A DNA stretch of 64,000 nucleotides, from NCBI GenBank assembly GCA_045863335.1, contig BTVY01000004.1, forward strand, positions 96,001-160,000, read 5' to 3'. Below, one piece after another: positions 1-7,051 of this stretch. Both the position numbers and the translations under genes were made by a program. The notes beneath the pieces are model-generated. The model was given only the letters and a program-made list of their open reading frames with translations. It did not search any database and was not told where the DNA came from. This DNA is from Candidatus Hydrogenedentota bacterium (GTDB lineage Bacteria > Hydrogenedentota > Hydrogenedentia > Hydrogenedentales > SLHB01). How positions within the stretch are numbered: the first letter of the stretch is position 1; every line of letters begins with the position of its first letter.

Positions 1-71
1 GAAACGCCATGATAGTCAAAGAGGGCGCGGCGGGCAAAGACCAGCGCGGGGTGCGTCACCGGAGACGGACG

Positions 72-272
72 TCACGTCGTAGCAGGGCTTTCCGTTCTTG
101 ATAGTGGTTGCTGAAGCGGACGCACAACGAACTGCACCGCGTGATGTGCGGCGCTGTGCCGGGCCGACAAGACTTGTGCGTGGGCCTGGGCCTCGGCCTC
201 GGCCGTGTACTGGATGGGGAGGATTCGGATCGCGCGGGTCTGCTGGGCGTCCACTTGAATGATCACATACAT
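72..272 (-). CDS. Small hypothetical protein (66 aa)
   Basis: GGTGGAGG Shine-Dalgarno about 10 nt upstream of the ATG; lies downstream of the predicted sigma54 promoter; no recognisable family. Confidence 0.55.
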   Translation of the reverse strand: MYVIIQVDAQQTRAIRILPIQYTAEAEAQAHAQVLSARHSAAHHAVQFVVRPLQQPLSRTESPATT

Positions 273-332
273 CGGATGACGACCTCCACCGAGCGATTTC
301 CAGAAACTGAACTGCAGCTAATGTGAGAAGCC

Positions 333-460
333 TGAGGGGGCAGGACGAGAGGGGGTCACTCCCGCCCTGCCCTCATGGCAATCAAATGACGCAAGGCTGG
401 TCGGCTGTTGATGCCGTTTACGATGCGCGTTCTTGGGTGTCGGTTTTACCTTGCGTCATT
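333..460 (-). ncRNA. Structured leader or small RNA (two stems) downstream of the sigma54 promoter
   Basis: Perfect 12-bp inverted repeat AATGACGCAAGG (385-396) / CCTTGCGTCATT (449-460); second 14-bp stem within 333-375 whose two wobble positions are G-U only on the minus strand. Confidence 0.4.
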
Positions 461-474
461 CTGAGTGCTTATAG

Positions 475-490
475 AGCATATGCCATGCCA
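475..490 (-). promoter_or_regulatory. sigma54 (-24/-12) promoter
   Basis: Minus strand reads TGGCATGGCATATGCT versus consensus TGGCACG-N4-TTGCW; GG and GC at the invariant spacing. Confidence 0.65.
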
Positions 491-610
491 AAGCCGGGTG
501 ATCGAGAGCCTGATGGCAAAGCGGGGATGATCGGGCGGTATTCGTCGAATTTCATACTTCGTAGAGAGGAGGCGACGACGGTTTTCCTGAGATTTCTGCT
601 CAATTTCTCA

Positions 611-640
611 AAACTGTTGTCCCGATTCCGAACACAGTTT
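611..640. promoter_or_regulatory. Putative enhancer (UAS) for a sigma54 activator
   Basis: Imperfect palindrome AAACTGT-TGTCCCGATTCCGAAC-ACAGTTT about 150-175 bp upstream of the predicted start site. Confidence 0.4.
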
Positions 641-682
641 ACATCCGCAGCCGATTTCACCGGAATCTGCCGACCCTGAGGA

Positions 683-2914
683 TTATCGCTTTTCCCGGTT
701 TGCTGGCACCTGAAGGTCCTGGACCAGCGAAGTGGATGCGCTGCTTCCATCTGTCTTAAACAGTTCCCGCCCGTGAGTCCCGTCGTCCGCGTCAAAGAAC
801 AGGCGGTCGCCCACCGCAGTCAGGTCCCCGGGTTCGGAACCGGCTGCATGATTTGAGAGGATATCCTTAACCAATGCCGGTTGGCGCACCGCGTCGACAT
901 ACCAGAGTTCCCGTCCGCGCATTCCGTCGTCGCCCACGAAATAGATACAAGGGCCGATTTCAGCAATCGTAGCGCGTGTAAGTTGGGAGGGCCCCTGGAC
1001 GTTCGCGTACACCTGCGGCGTAGTGTCTGCGGGCCGTGTGGAGTGGAGCACCTTGCCGAACGTGGGATGGGTGGCGACGAAGAACAAACGGTCCTCGTTG
1101 AGCGACACGAACTCGTGCGGGCTGGAAGATGCCGCGCCGGGGTTGAGGTCGGCGAAAAGGTAGGTGCCGTCGACCGTTCCGTCACTCACCCAAAGCTCAA
1201 GGCCGTGGGTGCCATCTTCCGCCTGGAAGAAGAGGCGATTGCCGAATGCGGTCAATCCGTTCGGACGTGAACTGGCAGGGCCGGGAAAGATGTCTTTAAC
1301 CAGCGCGGTACCGCTACTGGAACCATCACTTTTCCACAGCTCCGCACCGTGTTTGGCATCATTCACGACGAAGAAGAGGAGGTCTCCGACCGCCGTCAGA
1401 CCTTGCGGGTCCGATGACGGATTCGGTCCCCTTTCTGGATGGATGTCCTTGAGCAGCATCGTGCCTTCTGCCGTACCGTCGGTGATCCAAAGTTCGGTGC
1501 CGTGGACGCCGTCATTGGCGCTGAACACCAGTTTGCCGCCAATCGCCGCCTTGTGGCGCGGCCACGAACCATCCCGGCCGCGCACAATGTCGCGGACAAG
1601 CTTTGTCCCCGTTGCCGTTCCATCGCTGACCCACAGCTCGCCGCCGTGCTGAGTGTCCTCGGCGGTAAAATAGACGCGGTCTCCCGCGGCCTGGATCGCG
1701 TAAGGCTTCGACCCCCCCGATCCGGGCTCGATGTCGAGGACGATTTGGGTTCCCTCATTGCTGCCGTCCGAAACCCAGAGCTCTTCACCGGTCACGCCAT
1801 TCGACGCCTGGAAATAGACATGTGAGTCCGTGGCGGCGAAGATCCCTGGCTCGGAACTCTCGGTGCCGGGATTGATATCCTTGACGAGGCGGGTCCCTGT
1901 TTCCGTGCCGTCGCTAATCCAAAGTTCGGCGCCGGACTGGCCGTCATTTCCGCGGAAGAACAAGGTATCGTGGAAAACGGCGTGCTCCACGGGTTCTGGC
2001 ATCCCATGTTCGACCCCGGGAAAGATGTCTTTCAGCAGATGAGTGCCTTCCTCCGTGCCATCGGAGATCCAGAGTTCGAATCCTTGGGCTCCTTTAATAT
2101 CCCGCGCCCGGAAGAGGGCGTGGCCGTTAATCGAACCGAGAAAAGTATTGATAATCGTGTGACCGAGGTCGATGGACCGAGGCGGTTCATTTTCAGAACG
2201 CCAGACCCAAAACATCTCACGGGGAAAGGTGTTCTCCTGCCAGGCATAATAGCAGCCCCACACGAAGACCCGATCCTCGGTTTGAAGAATGTCACTGAGT
2301 CGAATGGGTCCCGATGGTTCGGGCGGCAGTGGAAACGAGTATGCGTTATCGCCGGCCGCCGAACAGGTCCACACCCACAATGCATGGGGAGTTACGGCGG
2401 GACCCGCGAAGTAGAACCGCGCGTTTGGCCCCAACGTGCCGTGATGAGAGAAATATCGATCAATGCTTACAGCCGAATCGTCGGACTCGACGGGGACGGT
2501 CGTGTCGGGTGTGCCATGTGAGACCCATAAGGCGGCGAGCTTCGAAGGGCCGGGTGAATCGGCAAGAAAGAAAACGGCATCGCCGACAGCGCAAAGGTCT
2601 GCGGGATTCGATGACTCGGGCCCTTCCCAAATGTCACTTGCGAGGATAGTGCCGTCCGGCGTTCCGTCGGTGCGCCAGAGCTCGCGGCCGTGAATACCAT
2701 CGTTAGCCACGAAGTACACGAAGTCGCCTGCAGGGACCAGCTCGTCGGGGTCGGAATTGGGATTCGTGTCCGGGGCGATATCACTGGTGGTGAGAGCCGG
2801 CTGTGCCATACCGTGAAGCGTGGCGAGCAAGGCGAGAACCACCGCGCCGGTAGCACGCGGCAGCGATCCAATGAAACTAACGGGCCCGCAAGTCGTATCG
2901 CGCGAGTTTCTCAT
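683..2914 (-). CDS. ELWxxDGT-repeat secreted beta-propeller-like protein
   Basis: About ten ELW(R/I/V/K)(S/T)DG(T/S)-type repeats; hydrophobic signal GAVVLALLATLHGMA; start moved to ATG 2914 because the ORF start at 3184 lies deep in the upstream gene. Confidence 0.85.
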   Translation of the reverse strand: MRNSRDTTCGPVSFIGSLPRATGAVVLALLATLHGMAQPALTTSDIAPDTNPNSDPDELVPAGDFVYFVANDGIHGRELWRTDGTPDGTILASDIWEGPESSNPADLCAVGDAVFFLADSPGPSKLAALWVSHGTPDTTVPVESDDSAVSIDRYFSHHGTLGPNARFYFAGPAVTPHALWVWTCSAAGDNAYSFPLPPEPSGPIRLSDILQTEDRVFVWGCYYAWQENTFPREMFWVWRSENEPPRSIDLGHTIINTFLGSINGHALFRARDIKGAQGFELWISDGTEEGTHLLKDIFPGVEHGMPEPVEHAVFHDTLFFRGNDGQSGAELWISDGTETGTRLVKDINPGTESSEPGIFAATDSHVYFQASNGVTGEELWVSDGSNEGTQIVLDIEPGSGGSKPYAIQAAGDRVYFTAEDTQHGGELWVSDGTATGTKLVRDIVRGRDGSWPRHKAAIGGKLVFSANDGVHGTELWITDGTAEGTMLLKDIHPERGPNPSSDPQGLTAVGDLLFFVVNDAKHGAELWKSDGSSSGTALVKDIFPGPASSRPNGLTAFGNRLFFQAEDGTHGLELWVSDGTVDGTYLFADLNPGAASSSPHEFVSLNEDRLFFVATHPTFGKVLHSTRPADTTPQVYANVQGPSQLTRATIAEIGPCIYFVGDDGMRGRELWYVDAVRQPALVKDILSNHAAGSEPGDLTAVGDRLFFDADDGTHGRELFKTDGSSASTSLVQDLQVPANREKR

Positions 2915-4700
2915 ACAGTGTGGTCCGTCCGATTCCCAGAAGCCGCGCCGCTTCCGCCATATTGCCCTGCGTTCGCTGGAGCGCCTCGAGGAGATGTTGC
3001 CGTTCCAAATCCGCGAGAGTGGGGAAACTCTGGTGACCGTACTGCAACGGCGTGCCTGCCAAGTCTTCCGCTTCAATGTATTCTCCGCTGGACACGGCTG
3101 CAGCTCTCTCGATGATACTGCGCAACTCTCGAACATTTCCCTCCAATTCCCGGTCCTGAAGCGCTTCCAGAGCACCGGGTCCAAAGCCCTTCAGGGGCCG
3201 TTTGGCACGTAGACGAACGAGCGCCAGGAAGTGTTGGGCCAATTCGGGTATGTCAGACTTGCGGTCGCGAAGGGCGGGCATACCGATCTCTATTCCGTTA
3301 AGCCGGTAGTAGAGATCCAATCGAAACGCGTTCTCGGTAATCGCGCGCGCGAGAGGCCGGTTGGTCGCGGAAACGATTCTGAAGTCCACTTCCTGCTCTC
3401 GGTTTCCGCCCAGCCTGCGAAATCGGTGAGACTCGATTACTCGGAGGAGACGCGCTTGGTTCTCTGGGCTCAAGTCGCCCACCTCGTCCAGAAAAAGTGT
3501 GCCCCCGTGGCACTCGTCCATGAGGCCCTTCTTGGCCTGTACCGCACCGGTGAATGCGCCGCGTTCGTAGCCGAACAGTTCGCTCTCGAAGAGATCCTTG
3601 GGAATAGCCGCGCAGTTGACAGGCACGAAAGGCGCCTTGTGCCGGGAGCTGTAGTCGTGGACCATCCGCGCCGCGATTTCCTTGCCCGAACCCGTTTCGC
3701 CCACGATGAGCACGTTTAGGTCAGTCTGCGCAGCGAGCCGGATGGCGGAGCGGACGCTTTCCATGAGTTGACTGGATCCGATGAGTACGGCGGACTCGGG
3801 GCGGGATTGCCGTAGCCGATTTGTTTCTTCCCGGAGCGTTTCTATCGTGGCCATCGCGTGGACCCACGGTGCGGCAATACAGCCCACGGCAATCAGCAAT
3901 TCCAAGTCCGCTTCATCGTAGCTGCTACGCCGGCGATCCGATTGCACGGCAACGGCGCCTGCAGTTTCGGGGCCCACGACCAGAGGGACGACCATCAGTG
4001 TTTCGGGTGTATCCGCGCCGGGCGCGACGTTGTCGAGGCGTATGAGGAGGCCGTCTCCGGTGCGTATTGCTCGTTCACAATGACTCTGGGGTGGTTGCGA
4101 GTGTTCGGCGTTGGGGGCGCGGTAGATCTCGCGCGTGTTGACCGTGCCGGCGATATCGTTAGCGATCCAGATTGTGCTGGGTTCGAAGCGGTCCGCGATC
4201 CATTCGCGCGTTCGGACGATCAATTCATCGCGTTTGCCCGCAGTCCACAGCGCCCGGGCAAGTGAGTAGAGATCGGCGAGGTCGTGGATGGTGTGCGACT
4301 TTCCCGACGCAAGGAAATCGGCGATTTGTCCGCGGACGTAAAAGCCGGAGGATTGCCGAATGGAAACCGTGGACCCCGGAGTCGCGGGCGCCCGGCGCGT
4401 CTCGTCGCGACTACTGACTTCTGCGACCAGGAGGCGGACGTTTCCAACGGCGATTTCATCGCCTGCTTGAAGGGTGCAACGGTTCGCGGGTTTGCCGTTC
4501 ACCAAGGTGGTATTCCGGCTGCCGAGGTCAGTGAGCAAGACGGCGTTTCCCACCGCCTCGACCTGGCAATGGTGACGTGAGACGTGCCCGTCGAGGATGC
4601 TGATGTCGCAATCGGGATCGCGGCCAATGGTGATCGGAGAGTCCGCAATGGGCCATGAAACGCCCTTCGTGATGCCCGATTTAGCTACAAGCTGGTACAG
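2877..4700 (-). CDS. sigma54-dependent activator with FHA, GAF, AAA+ and Fis-type HTH domains
   Basis: FHA motifs IGR..., SRHH, DLGSRNTT; Walker A GETGSGKE; GAFTGA loop; LFLDEVG; C-terminal GNMAEAARLLGIGRTTLYEKL; start inferred at CTG 4700 behind AAGGAGG. Confidence 0.92.
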   Translation of the reverse strand: MYQLVAKSGITKGVSWPIADSPITIGRDPDCDISILDGHVSRHHCQVEAVGNAVLLTDLGSRNTTLVNGKPANRCTLQAGDEIAVGNVRLLVAEVSSRDETRRAPATPGSTVSIRQSSGFYVRGQIADFLASGKSHTIHDLADLYSLARALWTAGKRDELIVRTREWIADRFEPSTIWIANDIAGTVNTREIYRAPNAEHSQPPQSHCERAIRTGDGLLIRLDNVAPGADTPETLMVVPLVVGPETAGAVAVQSDRRRSSYDEADLELLIAVGCIAAPWVHAMATIETLREETNRLRQSRPESAVLIGSSQLMESVRSAIRLAAQTDLNVLIVGETGSGKEIAARMVHDYSSRHKAPFVPVNCAAIPKDLFESELFGYERGAFTGAVQAKKGLMDECHGGTLFLDEVGDLSPENQARLLRVIESHRFRRLGGNREQEVDFRIVSATNRPLARAITENAFRLDLYYRLNGIEIGMPALRDRKSDIPELAQHFLALVRLRAKRPLKGFGPGALEALQDRELEGNVRELRSIIERAAAVSSGEYIEAEDLAGTPLQYGHQSFPTLADLERQHLLEALQRTQGNMAEAARLLGIGRTTLYEKLARYDLRAR

Positions 4701-4723
4701 GTGAGCTCCTCCTTGGCATCGAT

Positions 4724-6952
4724 TCAGAATTGAAGAATCGCACCATGTTGAAGATTCTCGAATTCGGGGTAACCCCAAACTACGACCGGCGCCGGACTCG
4801 CCGGATTGGCCAGATGCCGGACACTGGCGTTTATCCGCCACTGCTGCGGGGAACGCGGCGGCTGGCCGTCTCCGAGATTGCTAAAGGGAATCGCGATCTC
4901 CAGAGTCAACATGCTTTCTGCCGATTGTGCCGCGACGTTCCAGTCGCATGACCACGGTTGTACGCGATTCCCGACGAGCTGGTCTGCCGTCAGGCCCGTG
5001 TCGGGATCGTATACCATGCGCCACCACGTTGTCTCCGATTTGGGAGTGGAGAACGCCTTGCACAGCGCCAGCGCGAGTTGATCTCTATCTGCGTCTTTGC
5101 GTGGAACGACAATACCGATTCGGAGTTGCTTGTCGCTCGCATGAACGTTCATGCGCGCGCCCAGACGGCCCGGCAGTCCGCTGAGAACGCCGATAGTCCC
5201 CGAATCATCCAAGAACCGATGGCCCCAGACCGGTTCGTCGAGTGCGCCATCCACCGTGATCTCCGGCCCGTCGCTGGGGAGACGCGGAATCCGGGTTCTC
5301 GCGCCCGCTATCGCGGGAAGAAGAGTTTCCAGCGAGTTTGCCCAGCCGAGTCCGCGTGGAATAAGTTCATTGTAGAGCAGCGGCTGCTGCAGGGGCAGCG
5401 CTTCCAGGCGCAGAAGAAACTCCGTACCGGTTGTGGCAGGGACCGATCGGTTCAGGGAAACCGTCTCTGTCCACCTGGAGTTGGTTTGGTCATCGGTAAA
5501 CTCGAGAGACATGAGCAGCGACTGGCGGGGCTCCAGCCATTGGGCACTTCCGCCGATCGCGCCCATGCGGAGCGTACTTCCGGAAGTGCCCTGGTATTCC
5601 GCCCATCCGCCTTCAACATGGAGCCCGTCTTGTTCGTTCCGGATGATCAGACCCCAAATTGAGCCTTCAAACGCCGCATAGGCTCGTAAGCGATCGGCGC
5701 CGCCCCCTTCTTGTATGGTGAGGAGCGATGCCGGGTATTTCGAGTCGGTGTTCTGCCGCCACACGTCGTAGACGCTGGCGTATCCAGGGTCCCACTTGAG
5801 CAGACCGGGCAAGTTATCGGGCGAAGGCAGCGCGTCCCAGAGGTACGTCGCTTGAGTCGCCGGCATTTCCTGAGCGGAGATTGGATTTTGTTCTGATTGT
5901 ACCGGCGAACCAGGATCGTCACCAAGGGGGATTGAAAAATAGAGCACCGCAAGGGCCAGCAAAAGACCTGCAAGGAAGCCGTGATACGCGGACAAACGGA
6001 CATGACGGACGCGTTTCATGAGCGATTGAACGCGCGACCTCGGTGCCCGCCGCGCGACGATGGTCATCGACCGGGGGTCCTGGGGGTGCAGGAACTCGGG
6101 CGCGGCCCGGAGTCGGTCAATGGCGTCTTGGGCTGAATTTGGCCTCCGGTCGGCATCGGCATTCATCATCACCGAGATCAGTTCCGCAAGTTCTTGAGAG
6201 ACGTGTGGAGCGGCTTCCTGCAAAGGCGCCACGCGCCGCGTGGCCATTTCCTTGACCAGGGCCATCGGAGTCGTCGCTTCGTAGGGTGTGCGTCCAGTAA
6301 GGGCCTCGTACATCACAGTGCCAAGGGCGTACACATCCCAAGAGGGCGAAGGCTCATGCGAGTCCCATGCTTCCGGAGGTGCGTAGCGCGGGGTTCCCAT
6401 GAAGAACACCGAGGAGCCGCTGCCGCGCATGGAGTACTCGAGGTGCCCTTCCAAGATGGTTGCAAGACCAAAGTCGGTCAGTTTCGCTGCGCCGAAGCGG
6501 TCGATGAGGATGTTCGTAGGCTTGATGTCGCGATGAATTAACCCCTCGTCATGGCAACAGCGGAGGGCGTCGAGGACGTGATAGGCGAATTGGGCGACTT
6601 CACCCGCTGTGAGGCCCTTCGTCGCCAACCGATCCGCCAGGCTGCCACCCTCAACCAGCTCCATCTCAATTGCAAGAAGTCCGTCCAATGATTCGAAAGC
6701 GTGGACGCGCACGATGTTTGGATGGTCGAGGCTCGCAATGGAGCGGGCCTCCTTCTCGAATCGTTCGCGGAAGCCAGCGTCATGGCTGAGGGTCCCACTG
6801 AGAATCTTCAGAGCGACGTTGCGGCGAAGCCGGGTATCTTCCGCCAGGTAGACCACTCCCATGCTTCCGCGGCCTAATTCGCGTACGACGGAATACTTGC
6901 CAATTCGTTGACCGGGTCGAATTTCACTTGGTGTATTCGACGAAGACACCAC
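4724..6952 (-). CDS. Membrane Hanks-type Ser/Thr kinase with C-terminal CBM9/DOMON-like domain
   Basis: GRGSMG, VALK, HRDIKPTN, DFG, GTPRYAPPE; TM segment FLAGLLLALAVLYFSI; C-terminal ITVDGALDEPVW...LEIAIPF...WRIN pattern; GTG start chosen behind GGGAGG and a TATACT -10 at 6977-6982. Confidence 0.88.
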   Translation of the reverse strand: MVSSSNTPSEIRPGQRIGKYSVVRELGRGSMGVVYLAEDTRLRRNVALKILSGTLSHDAGFRERFEKEARSIASLDHPNIVRVHAFESLDGLLAIEMELVEGGSLADRLATKGLTAGEVAQFAYHVLDALRCCHDEGLIHRDIKPTNILIDRFGAAKLTDFGLATILEGHLEYSMRGSGSSVFFMGTPRYAPPEAWDSHEPSPSWDVYALGTVMYEALTGRTPYEATTPMALVKEMATRRVAPLQEAAPHVSQELAELISVMMNADADRRPNSAQDAIDRLRAAPEFLHPQDPRSMTIVARRAPRSRVQSLMKRVRHVRLSAYHGFLAGLLLALAVLYFSIPLGDDPGSPVQSEQNPISAQEMPATQATYLWDALPSPDNLPGLLKWDPGYASVYDVWRQNTDSKYPASLLTIQEGGGADRLRAYAAFEGSIWGLIIRNEQDGLHVEGGWAEYQGTSGSTLRMGAIGGSAQWLEPRQSLLMSLEFTDDQTNSRWTETVSLNRSVPATTGTEFLLRLEALPLQQPLLYNELIPRGLGWANSLETLLPAIAGARTRIPRLPSDGPEITVDGALDEPVWGHRFLDDSGTIGVLSGLPGRLGARMNVHASDKQLRIGIVVPRKDADRDQLALALCKAFSTPKSETTWWRMVYDPDTGLTADQLVGNRVQPWSCDWNVAAQSAESMLTLEIAIPFSNLGDGQPPRSPQQWRINASVRHLANPASPAPVVVWGYPEFENLQHGAILQF

Positions 6953-7051
6953 GACGCACACCCTCCCACCCAATTCAGTATACCGGGGTGAGCCGAAATG
7001 TGAAAGTGGCTGGAACGAGCGGAGGTCCCGTGGTCGTGGTGAAGTCTTGGT

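Noticed and set aside
1-10. Possible ATG of a minus-strand gene leaving the window
   Set aside because: Only three codons visible and no SD; cannot be supported
323-679. 118-aa plus-strand ORF
   Set aside because: Overlaps the predicted promoter and RNA elements; no SD or motifs
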